Source: an uncultured virus (IMG/VR IMGVR_UViG_3300032073_000002) (taxonomy: Duplodnaviria; Heunggongvirae; Uroviricota; Caudoviricetes). Taken from it: a DNA stretch of 20,000 nt. Below the pieces are notes generated by a model, which ran no database searches, was not told the origin of the DNA, and worked only from the letters and a program-made list of their open reading frames with translations. The position numbers were made by a program, and so were the translations under genes. Every line of letters starts with the position of its first letter. Within the stretch, counting starts at the first letter, position 1. Shown here piece after piece: positions 8,147 to 15,781 of this stretch. The DNA is taken from IMG/VR virus record IMGVR_UViG_3300032073_000002. One strand, written 5' to 3'.

Positions 8147-8955
8147 TGAGTATAACAATAGATACGTTTAAAGCAAATTTTGATGTAGGTGCAAGAGGAG
8201 ACCTTTATGATGTTGCTATTCTAGCTCCTGCTGGATTAGGATTTCAGTTTTCTGCAGAAGACATGCTTAGATGTAGAAGTGTAGATATGGAAGGTTCATC
8301 TTTAGGAACTAATACAAGAGACCAATACAATTCGGGATATGAAATCCCCGACGGAACTGTAGACCAAGGTGGGTTTGTTGACTTAACCTTTATATGTGAC
8401 CAATCATTTCATGACCGTGCATTAATTGAAGCATGGCATCGATGGATTTACGAAGCATCATACACAGGTGGTGCTGGTGGAACTCAAGGTTCTGCACAAA
8501 TACCAGTCATGAAATATCTTGATGATTACATCGGACAACTTGAAGTGTATGCACTGAGAAAGGACGAAACTAAGTCTTTAAAATATACTTACCATGATGT
8601 ATATCCATCATCATTCGATACTCAAAGTTTTGGTGCAGACTCAAGTGGTATACTAGAAATTAGTATGTCATTCCAATACAGACATTACGATACAGAATAC
8701 ATGGTAGAAGATAGGAAGCCAAATAGAAATTACACTGAGATATATGATGATATGGTATCAAGACAACCAAAACTTCCCGAAGCTTCTGCACTAAATACTG
8801 GAAGAAAGATTTTAGATTCTACTTTAGACGTATTAAAAGTCGGAAGTAGATTTAACGATAAAGTTGGTGGTTACCTTAATAAGTTATCATCACTTGACAC
8901 CGCTGCCACTAAGTACAAAAACCTAGGAATAGGAAAGTTACTAGGTGGTGGTTAA
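8146..8955 (+). CDS. gp54: Baseplate tail tube initiator gp54 (gp19-like tube fold)
   Basis: 'LTFICD', 'IEAWHRWIY', 'YLDDYIG', 'YTYHDVYPSS' and 'ISMSFQYRHY' resemble the tube fold; position between gp2 and gp26. Confidence 0.72.
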   Translation: MSITIDTFKANFDVGARGDLYDVAILAPAGLGFQFSAEDMLRCRSVDMEGSSLGTNTRDQYNSGYEIPDGTVDQGGFVDLTFICDQSFHDRALIEAWHRWIYEASYTGGAGGTQGSAQIPVMKYLDDYIGQLEVYALRKDETKSLKYTYHDVYPSSFDTQSFGADSSGILEISMSFQYRHYDTEYMVEDRKPNRNYTEIYDDMVSRQPKLPEASALNTGRKILDSTLDVLKVGSRFNDKVGGYLNKLSSLDTAATKYKNLGIGKLLGGG

Positions 8956-8974
8956 TTAATTATGGAGTATAATT

Positions 8975-9679
8975 ATGGCCTTACCAATTCAGGCAACCCC
9001 CACATACACATGTGAACTGCCCTCAACTGGTACTGAAGTAAAATTCAGACCGTTCCTAGTAAAGGAACAAAAGATTCTTGTCATTGCACAAGAAAGTGAA
9101 GACCCGAAAACTACACTTAGTGCAGTTAAGGATTTGATTAATAATGTGACGTTTGAGAAAGTCAATGCAAATGAATTGACTATGTTTGACCTAGAGTACT
9201 TGTTCTGTAAAATCAGAGCAGTATCAGTAGGTGAAACAATTCCATTAAAGTTGGCTTGCATGGCAACTGACTGTAATGGAACTGGTGAAACAGTAGTTAA
9301 CTTAGATGACCTAACAGTAACAGAAGATACTGGTGGTGACCCTAAGATAATGATATCAGATGACGTTGGTATTATATTAAGATATCCAAAGGTTAAAGAT
9401 ATGGAACAAATTACTACTGCTTCTGAAGACCAACAATCGATAGAAGTTCTTAAGGCATCAATCACACAAATTTTTGATGCAGAGAATGTCTACGATGAGG
9501 CTGATATGTCAGCTGACGATAAATCAGAGTTTGTAGAAAGTTTAACCTTTCCACAGATTGAGAAGTTGAGTGCATTCTTTAACGGTATGCCCAAACTTCA
9601 AGGTAAGATTGAATACAAGTGTAACACTTGTGGTAAGTTGAATGAGAGATTATTGGAAGGACTACAAAGTTTTTTTTAA
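8975..9679 (+). CDS. gp26: Baseplate hub assembly protein gp26
   Basis: 'MALP....PTY..ELPSTG..VKFRPFLVKEQKIL', 'FDLEYLF.KIRA.SVGE', 'RYP', two Cys pairs and terminal 'LEGLQSFF'; GGAG SD. Confidence 0.92.
   Translation: MALPIQATPTYTCELPSTGTEVKFRPFLVKEQKILVIAQESEDPKTTLSAVKDLINNVTFEKVNANELTMFDLEYLFCKIRAVSVGETIPLKLACMATDCNGTGETVVNLDDLTVTEDTGGDPKIMISDDVGIILRYPKVKDMEQITTASEDQQSIEVLKASITQIFDAENVYDEADMSADDKSEFVESLTFPQIEKLSAFFNGMPKLQGKIEYKCNTCGKLNERLLEGLQSFF
9670..9677 (+). other. Candidate -1 programmed ribosomal frameshift site (T8; T TTT TTT)
   Basis: gp26 ends AGT TTT TTT TAA. The -1 frame reads TTT TTT TTA ATA ACC and stays open to 9873, encoding the gp51-like peptide. Confidence 0.6.
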
Positions 9680-9873
9680 TAACCCTTTCTCATGAGTCGG
9701 TGTTTAATTTTTATAGCACCAACTTTCAACTAATGCAACACCACAAATACTCGTTAGACGAATTAGATTCAATGATACCTTGGGAAAGGGAAATCTATAT
9801 TAAATTGCTCATGCAACATCTAGAAGAAGAAAAAGAACGTCAGAAGGCAGAACAAGCCAAAATGAGAAGATAA
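9679..9873 (+). CDS. gp51: Baseplate hub assembly catalyst, gp51-like short frame (not in the ORF track; start uncertain, possibly expressed by frameshift from gp26)
   Basis: Manual translation: ITLSHESVFNFYSTNFQLMQHHKYSLDELDSMIPWEREIYIKLLMQHLEEEKERQKAEQAKMRR*. 'NF.LMQHHKYSL.E...M.PWER.IY..LL' is the motif of short gp51-annotated proteins of cyanophage-type T4-likes. Confidence 0.85.
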   Translation: MTLSHESVFNFYSTNFQLMQHHKYSLDELDSMIPWEREIYIKLLMQHLEEEKERQKAEQAKMRR

Positions 9874-9901
9874 CGTTTAATTAAAACTAGAGGATACAAC
9901 A

Positions 9902-10282
9902 ATGAGCGATATGGATAAATTTCAAGGCGACATGAGTCGTAACGAAGTAGAAATTGACTTGAAAAAGTTTATGAGTATGGTTTCTGAAATCGGTGATTTG
10001 AAACAGGAAATCTTTGAACTAACTCAAGAAGATAGAAAGAACCCTTGGCAGAAATGGATATTTGCAGCCAAGACAATTGATGCATGGAGAATTATACCTC
10101 GTGCATTCCTAGGTATTTATATGTACCTATTATATTATGCGACCTTTTGGTTTATGGACTTGGCAGACCCAACCCTTGAACAGTCGGGATTAATTTCCGT
10201 ACTAGTGGGTGCTGGAGCTGCATGGTTTGGTCTATACACTTCAAGTGCAGCGAAAGAACACGGTGACCAAAACCCCAATTAG
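9902..10282 (+). CDS. Small membrane protein with two predicted TM helices (holin-like)
   Basis: Hydrophobic segments 'IIPRAFLGIYMYLLYYATFWFM' and 'GLISVLVGAGAAWFGLY' follow an N-terminal coiled-coil-like region; AGAGGA SD. Confidence 0.6.
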   Translation: MSDMDKFQGDMSRNEVEIDLKKFMSMVSEIGDLKQEIFELTQEDRKNPWQKWIFAAKTIDAWRIIPRAFLGIYMYLLYYATFWFMDLADPTLEQSGLISVLVGAGAAWFGLYTSSAAKEHGDQNPN

Positions 10283-10293
10283 GAAAATCATAA

Positions 10294-12546
10294 ATGGCTG
10301 AGACCAACGCAGATATAAAGAATTTTACAGAAGGTTTAATTGGAAGCTTGAACAGGGTAACAACTGGTCTTGCTTTCAAGCAGTCTGCTGAAATAATTAA
10401 AGCAAACGAAAGAATGAAAGAGTCTCAAGAAAGACTCGCTCGTAGGCAAGAAACACATCAAGAAAAGGTCGAAGCACAACAAGAAAAATTCGATAAGTCT
10501 CGTGAGAAGATTATGCAAAAACACGCAAATAATCAAACTCAACGAGACATAGAATTATACAAACTAGACAATAGAAGAAATGATGCAACTAAAGAATTGG
10601 TTGACGATTTTGATAAGTTTAAAAAATCATTAAGTGAAGGTAACGACTTAGAGAAAGACCACATCGAAAACCTTAAATCTCAAGGTAGTATGAATACTGG
10701 TATAGACGGAATGTCTTCTGGCATTGATGATATGGTTAAAGGTATTGAAGGTTTGACATTTGGTCTAGTAGACTTAAGTGGTAGTTCTAATAAACTAACT
10801 AATTTCTTTAAAGGGATTGTTAGTTTAGGTGTTGGTTTAATAAGTTTCTTAGGAAGTCTAGGTGAGACTGTTGTACTATTAACAGACCACTTAAAAGTCT
10901 TTGATAGAAAAATAAAAATTACTAGAACAGGGGGAGCGCCAGGTACAGTACCTAGTGGTATCACTGGCATGGGTGAAGATTTTGTTGGCCCTGTTAACCC
11001 CAATGCAGCTACATCATCAGAAGATATTATTGAATCATCGGTTGTTGATTTTGCAACCCCATTAGGTAAGAAAGCAGGCAGTTTCTTTAAAGGCATCAAA
11101 GATGGAATCGGTGGTGTCCTTGATACAGTAAGTCCACAAAACATCAAAAAGCAATTTGATGTTGCAACCAAGACATTTGCTAAAGGAGCAAGCATTGTTG
11201 CAAATGTAACACCTACTGAAAGTGAAGAACGAAGACCTCTCCAAGAAACATTGCCGGGCATGGAGAAATCACCCCAAGATAAATCAGCTGAGTTCCTATC
11301 TACATACAAAAGTGATTCTGTTCCAATAGAAGCAGCTGGTGCAATATCTGATATGTTAAATGGAATTAAAAATTCTCTTAGAAGTTCATTTTCGTTTGGT
11401 GATACAGACAAACAAGCAGAAGCTGGTGAGATGATGGAAGAAAATTTCTCACAGATGAAAGGTCATGCTGAAAACTTTAGAGGCTTAGTGTTTGGTGAAG
11501 GTTCTATGTTTGCTAAAATTACTGGTGGATTTGGAGATGCATTAAATTTCTATGGTGAGAGTGTTAATAAGGTAGGCAATACGGTTATTGGATTTGGGAA
11601 ATCAGTTGGCCAGTTCTTCAGTAGTGGAGAAAATATGAAAGCTGGGGTGGCGTCTTTCGCTGCATCTTCATGGTCATTTCTTAAATCTGCATTAAAGTTT
11701 GTTCCTGCTGTATTAGGATTCGTTGTTGCAACCACTATGTTTGTGGGTTCAATGATTGTTGCATCCTTACCATTCATTGCAATGGGATTATTAATTGCAG
11801 TTGGAGTTGCTTTACTCGTTGGAGCTGTAGTTGCAGTATTTAATAAGTTCCCTATCATAGGTGAGACTTTATCTACAGTATTTGGTTTTGTATTTGATAC
11901 CATTAGTGGTATAGTCAATGTTATTATGGATGTCTTCAGCAATATATGGGGAGCCATAACAGACATCTTCGGTGGATTCATCGATATGTTTAGCGCTGCA
12001 TTCAGTGGTGATTTTGGTGGTATTTTTGATGGTCTAATGAAGATAATAGGTGGAGTCTTTGATTTATTCTTAGCACCATTTAGAGCAATCTTCGATGGTA
12101 TAGCAGGATTTGTTAATTCACTATTACCCGATTGGGCAAAAGACATGTTAGGGGGTGATACTGCTTCTGCAGAAGAGAGTGGTCTCTACGATAAAAACAG
12201 AATAGGTAAATCTACTGTAGATGCATCTATGATATCTGGCGCTCCAACTAAAGACTTAATGGCCATTGTTTCACACAATGATTTATCTGAAGAAGACATG
12301 GCACTAGTTAAGGCAGAACTTGATTCAAGGAATATAGGTCTTGAAGGTACTCCTATGACTGGTGAAGAATTAAAAGAACAAAGAGAAGCATCTAAAGCTG
12401 CAATGGATGGTGGAACACAAAACAACACTGCAGTTGCACAACAAAACACTAATAACAATGTAACTAATAATGCATTCTCACAATCACCTAATCCTAGACC
12501 AACTGATTCTACAATTGGAAGAACTGCAGCTGTAAATCTAAATTAA
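10294..12546 (+). CDS. Tail length tape measure protein (gp29-like)
   Basis: 750 aa with an N-terminal coiled coil, Gly/Ala/Phe-rich amphipathic repeats ('FGGFIDMFSAAFSGDFGGIFDGLMKIIGGVFDLF'), a hydrophobic TM stretch and an Asn/Thr-rich C-terminus; lies downstream of gp26/gp51. Confidence 0.75.
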   Translation: MAETNADIKNFTEGLIGSLNRVTTGLAFKQSAEIIKANERMKESQERLARRQETHQEKVEAQQEKFDKSREKIMQKHANNQTQRDIELYKLDNRRNDATKELVDDFDKFKKSLSEGNDLEKDHIENLKSQGSMNTGIDGMSSGIDDMVKGIEGLTFGLVDLSGSSNKLTNFFKGIVSLGVGLISFLGSLGETVVLLTDHLKVFDRKIKITRTGGAPGTVPSGITGMGEDFVGPVNPNAATSSEDIIESSVVDFATPLGKKAGSFFKGIKDGIGGVLDTVSPQNIKKQFDVATKTFAKGASIVANVTPTESEERRPLQETLPGMEKSPQDKSAEFLSTYKSDSVPIEAAGAISDMLNGIKNSLRSSFSFGDTDKQAEAGEMMEENFSQMKGHAENFRGLVFGEGSMFAKITGGFGDALNFYGESVNKVGNTVIGFGKSVGQFFSSGENMKAGVASFAASSWSFLKSALKFVPAVLGFVVATTMFVGSMIVASLPFIAMGLLIAVGVALLVGAVVAVFNKFPIIGETLSTVFGFVFDTISGIVNVIMDVFSNIWGAITDIFGGFIDMFSAAFSGDFGGIFDGLMKIIGGVFDLFLAPFRAIFDGIAGFVNSLLPDWAKDMLGGDTASAEESGLYDKNRIGKSTVDASMISGAPTKDLMAIVSHNDLSEEDMALVKAELDSRNIGLEGTPMTGEELKEQREASKAAMDGGTQNNTAVAQQNTNNNVTNNAFSQSPNPRPTDSTIGRTAAVNLN

Positions 12547-12759
12547 TTCAGGCCCTTTAAGCATATCTGCTTTAGTCATTGCCTTTCTGTTATATTTTGT
12601 TTTATCTTTTTGAACTTGAGTAAGTCCATGTGAAGGTGTAACCTTTCTAACCTTTACTTCAGTTTTTTTACCAAAGATAGTATCCCAGTTATCTGAGTAT
12701 AATTTCTCGTTAGAATTCCTACGTTGTGAACCCTTGCCACCGTGCCATTGTTTTGCCAT
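12538..12759 (-). CDS. Small basic hypothetical protein
   Basis: 73 aa, Lys/Arg-rich: 'GGKGSQRR...YSDNWDTIFGKK' and 'QVQKDKTKYNRK'; GGTTGA upstream; starts 4 nt after the bS21 stop. Confidence 0.7.
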   Translation of the reverse strand: MAKQWHGGKGSQRRNSNEKLYSDNWDTIFGKKTEVKVRKVTPSHGLTQVQKDKTKYNRKAMTKADMLKGPELI

Positions 12760-12763
12760 GTCA

Positions 12764-13009
12764 TCAACCTAACGGCCCTCTAAATCCACGTCGTCCCATT
12801 GATGCTCTTTTTGCATCTAACTTCTTACGTCTCTTCAAGTCTTGGTTTCTTTGATTCCTAATTGTATTAGGTTTGATGTGATACTTTCTATCACGACATT
12901 CTTGAACTATACCTGCTTTCTCACAATCCTTTTTGAATCTGCGAAGTAGTTGGTCGAACCCTTCTACGTTCCGATTCTTTGGATTTATTTTAGGTGTTAC
13001 ACTAGGCAT
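12764..13009 (-). CDS. rpsU: Phage-encoded 30S ribosomal protein bS21
   Basis: '[32 protein letters not shown]' aligns with bacterial S21 'E.FD.ALRRFKRSCEKAG.L.E.R.RE.YEKP'; basic C-terminal helix. Confidence 0.92.
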   Translation of the reverse strand: MPSVTPKINPKNRNVEGFDQLLRRFKKDCEKAGIVQECRDRKYHIKPNTIRNQRNQDLKRRKKLDAKRASMGRRGFRGPLG

Positions 13010-13027
13010 AATTATTCTCTAATAGAT

Positions 13028-13184
13028 GTGAAGTCACCCCACGCTTTACAGCAACCCGTTCTTCACCGACCAATCCGCTATATGCTATTGACCTTTCCCT
13101 TACTGAGTACCCCCAATCATTTTCCACGGTCTCAGTGTGTAGTCGTCTTATTTTCAAGGACACATTTTGAATAAACACGACTAC
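13028..13184 (-). ncRNA. Candidate structured RNA (four tandem hairpins) between gp32 and bS21
   Basis: Inverted repeats: 13139-13146/13177-13184 (GUAGUCGU/ACGACUAC, extended by UUCAA/UUGAA), 13102-13107/13131-13136 (ACUGAG/CUCAGU), 13068-13074/13087-13093 (GGUCAAU/AUUGGUC with G-U pairs on the minus strand), 13028-13033/13061-13066 (GUGAAG/CUUCAC enclosing GCU-GUAA-AGC). It is the largest intergenic gap in the window and more GC-rich than its flanks. Confidence 0.65.
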
Positions 13185-13206
13185 CCCATTGTAAGAAACT
13201 CAACTA

Positions 13207-14106
13207 CTAACTATCAGCAGCCAGTTTCTTAAAGTAGTCCATCGCATCATCTTCTTCCACTTGGGGAGCAGATTCTGCTGATGCAACTACAGGTTCTTCT
13301 GCAACTGGAGACGTGTTAACATCTGACCATGGAAGTTCTTCCATATCATCTGCAACTGACTCAGCTGTAGAGTTAGTTACTGCACCTGTTAATCCAAGAA
13401 CTCTATCGAGTTTCTCTTTTAACTCTTCGTAAGATTTAAACTCACTTGGTGCAATAATTCCACTTAAGCTATGTAGGTTGTTTACCACATCTACAAGCTT
13501 TTGCTCATCATCAAATAAAGGTGCTTGTGAATCGAACTCTGATTTATCATAGTTCCAGTATCCGTCAACTTTTCTGATTTTAATCTTGAAGTTGGCACCT
13601 TCGTCTCTGAGGTCAAAAGGATTGATTGCTTTCTCATCTTCAAATGCTGGTGAGATTGCTTCCTTGAGTGCTTCAAAGATTTTTTTACCATATCTGTACT
13701 TAAACACTTTACCTTCGTTAGCAGGATTTTTAGGGTCTGAGATAACAAGGATGTTAGACACATAATGTAAACGTCTTTTCTGTTTACGTGCTTGGTCTTT
13801 GTTTGCCTCAACACCAGTATTCCATAACTGAGTATTGTATTCAGACACAGGGTCTTGTTTATTAAGAGTCGTTAAAGACTTCTCAATATACCATCCACCT
13901 GGCCCTTGGAAACCGTGGTCGAAGTATGATACCCATGGCATCTCTTCACCCTCGGGGGTAGGTAAGAAACGAACTACAGCGTAACCGTTACCACTCTTAT
14001 CGAGTTCGGGTTTCCACATAGTGTCGTCTGAGTAGGATTTTTTTTCTCCGCCTGTTGGGGAAGCTGATTCCATTGCAGCTCTTAGTTTATCTAAACTACT
14101 TGACAT
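13207..14106 (-). CDS. gp32: Single-stranded DNA-binding protein gp32
   Basis: 'WKPELDKSGNGYAVVRFLP', 'HGFQGPGGWYIEKSLTTL..DPVSE.N..LWN', 'GKKIF', 'GANFKIKIRKVDGYWNYDKSEF' and acidic tail 'DDAMDYFKKLA'; AGGAGA SD. Confidence 0.97.
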   Translation of the reverse strand: MSSSLDKLRAAMESASPTGGEKKSYSDDTMWKPELDKSGNGYAVVRFLPTPEGEEMPWVSYFDHGFQGPGGWYIEKSLTTLNKQDPVSEYNTQLWNTGVEANKDQARKQKRRLHYVSNILVISDPKNPANEGKVFKYRYGKKIFEALKEAISPAFEDEKAINPFDLRDEGANFKIKIRKVDGYWNYDKSEFDSQAPLFDDEQKLVDVVNNLHSLSGIIAPSEFKSYEELKEKLDRVLGLTGAVTNSTAESVADDMEELPWSDVNTSPVAEEPVVASAESAPQVEEDDAMDYFKKLAADS

Positions 14107-14132
14107 TGTATTCTCCTATTTTATTACAATTG

Positions 14133-14157
14133 TATCGCATTTTATCGCATATTATCA
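14133..14157 (-). repeat. Direct repeat ATGCGATA x2 (plus a partial third copy) with 10-nt period upstream of gp32
   Basis: Plus-strand tatcgcat at 14133-14140 and 14143-14150; tatca at 14153-14157. Confidence 0.5.
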
Positions 14158-14886
14158 AGATACTTCAGATGGGTGTCCCACCCCAAGTATCCACTTTTCA
14201 CTATTTTCATAGTTAAGTTCATTATACTCTACTTTCACAAAACCTTCAAGAGGCTTTTTCCAATAGACATTAATGTTTTCATACTCCTTTAATAGAGCAA
14301 GAAACTGTTGTTGTTGAGTATGGAAGACTCTATCGTCTTCTGAATAAACAACCTTGTATTTATACAAGCCAGACTCAGCAAATATATTACTGGGGTCATT
14401 ATGTTCAAGTGCATCGAATCCTATTAGACATATGTCTTTGTAACCGTTTTCGATTGCATATCCTAATGCACTCATTCCACCAAATAGATTCTTAAGCTTA
14501 GGATTATTATACATAACTATGTTATTCCCATAGTCCCCGCTAATACCTATAAAGAAACATTCCTTTCCGTCGTAACTTCCTTGGACTGAAAACTCCGTAT
14601 CTCCGTCCTTCCTAATCTCATAGAAGTTATCATATTCACCAATACCCATCTTCATCATATCCCACATTTCAATCGGGACGGTCTCGAACTCGGCAAATGC
14701 AACTTTGTTTGTTTTATAGTATTCTTCGTCTACAATTTTTGCTTGAACTTCTATATCAATTGCAAATAGTAAGTCGGGTTTAACAATATTATTTGATACT
14801 GCATTAAAACCCCACCACTCTTTATCTTTGAATTCTTCCCAGTCTACATTCTTCTGACTAGGGCCATTCCCTATTAAGTAGAGCAT
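14155..14886 (-). CDS. Hypothetical protein, Maf/MptE-like or sialyltransferase-like Rossmann-type fold
   Basis: 'LYLIGNGPS', 'WGFNAV', 'PDLLFAID', 'GGMSALGYAIENGYKDICLIGFD' follow the GxGPS...N...GxD pattern of the MAF_flag10/DUF115 and GT42-like families. Confidence 0.6.
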   Translation of the reverse strand: MLYLIGNGPSQKNVDWEEFKDKEWWGFNAVSNNIVKPDLLFAIDIEVQAKIVDEEYYKTNKVAFAEFETVPIEMWDMMKMGIGEYDNFYEIRKDGDTEFSVQGSYDGKECFFIGISGDYGNNIVMYNNPKLKNLFGGMSALGYAIENGYKDICLIGFDALEHNDPSNIFAESGLYKYKVVYSEDDRVFHTQQQQFLALLKEYENINVYWKKPLEGFVKVEYNELNYENSEKWILGVGHPSEVS

Positions 14887-15470
14887 ATTTCTAGAAGCTT
14901 CTTTTTGTATTTCTGTTGGTCATATGATATGAATGACTTGTACTTGTTAATTCTAATGTGTAAGTCGGGATACACTACCTTCTCTGAGATAAGTGCTTCC
15001 CAATCTTTAGTGAAACCAATTATTTCATCCATGATGCAAATGGTTTCTAAACTTACATCCTTACTCATGTAAGCTTTAAGTAATCTAGGGTGTTGACCGT
15101 CGACTACTTTAAGTTGTGTCTGAATCTTGAACTTTCGTATCAAGTCATTCACTTCTGTTTCAAACATATAACCTAATTTCTGATTACGTTTCTTCCATTC
15201 ACGATATCTCTTATCACATTCTTTATCTAGAAGGTCACCCGCCCAGAAATCTTTATATGATAGATTTGCAATATAGAAATCTTGTAATTCTTGTTTATAT
15301 GTTCGGTACAGTTTACCAAAATGGTATTTATCTTTACGTTTAAGAAATGACTTGATGTCTGACTTCACTTTTCCGTTATACTTAACGAAGTCATAATCCT
15401 TGGAATGAAAATGTAACTTTATCCCAAGGTATAACGTGTATGCATCATAACCTTCTCTAGAAGTCATCAA
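14874..15470 (-). CDS. gp59: Loader of gp41 DNA helicase, gp59
   Basis: 'Y..YLGIKLHF....YDFVKYNGKV.....SFLKRKDKYHFGKL', 'GQHP.LLK.Y....VSLET..I.D.IIGF...W' and 'KYKSF'. Confidence 0.9.
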   Translation of the reverse strand: MMTSREGYDAYTLYLGIKLHFHSKDYDFVKYNGKVKSDIKSFLKRKDKYHFGKLYRTYKQELQDFYIANLSYKDFWAGDLLDKECDKRYREWKKRNQKLGYMFETEVNDLIRKFKIQTQLKVVDGQHPRLLKAYMSKDVSLETICIMDEIIGFTKDWEALISEKVVYPDLHIRINKYKSFISYDQQKYKKKLLEICST

Positions 15471-15775
15471 GTAATAATCTTTTTCTCTGCTGGGACTTCA
15501 ACTCTTGGAGCTTCTTTTTGTCCTGTTGCAATAAGATATGCATTTTGAACACCTTCGTTAGATTCGGTTGCAAAAACATAATTATTAAATGTAATGACTG
15601 CTGGATTTTCGTCTCCAGTTACAGCCACACCTCTAGCAAAACCCATTCCACCTTCGGGATTGGATACTATCATTTTTGGTTGAGTTAATGTAATGGTTGT
15701 ATCTAACTGACTGTCAAATGTTCCAACATACTCTCCACTGATTGCCACTACTGTGACGATATCACCTTTTTTCAT
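15467..15775 (-). CDS. Conserved hypothetical protein (small beta-rich, possibly Sm-like)
   Basis: 'KKGDIVTVVAISGEYVG....DTTITLTQPKMI...GGMGF' and terminal 'VP.EKKIIT'; GTAGG SD; coupled to gp59. Confidence 0.7.
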   Translation of the reverse strand: MKKGDIVTVVAISGEYVGTFDSQLDTTITLTQPKMIVSNPEGGMGFARGVAVTGDENPAVITFNNYVFATESNEGVQNAYLIATGQKEAPRVEVPAEKKIIT

Positions 15776-15781
15776 AATTAC

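Noticed and set aside
10289..10296. CATAAATG as a late promoter for the tape measure gene
   Set aside because: It mismatches the last position and overlaps the ATG itself; an AGGA SD upstream explains the start.
10680..12458. Long minus-strand ORFs (243, 198 and 90 aa) opposite the tape measure gene
   Set aside because: Shadow ORFs expected from the codon bias of the sense gene; no family features.
12950..13174. Plus-strand 74-aa ORF over the bS21 start and the intergenic region
   Set aside because: Antisense to the operon, no SD, no recognisable motif; the region is better explained by RNA structure.
13139..13184. Hairpin after gp32 as a plain intrinsic terminator
   Set aside because: No U-tract follows on the minus strand, and three more stems follow it.
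13028..13184. tRNA or tmRNA in the gp32-bS21 gap
   Set aside because: No TTCRA T-loop, acceptor stem or cloverleaf was seen; it is too short for tmRNA.
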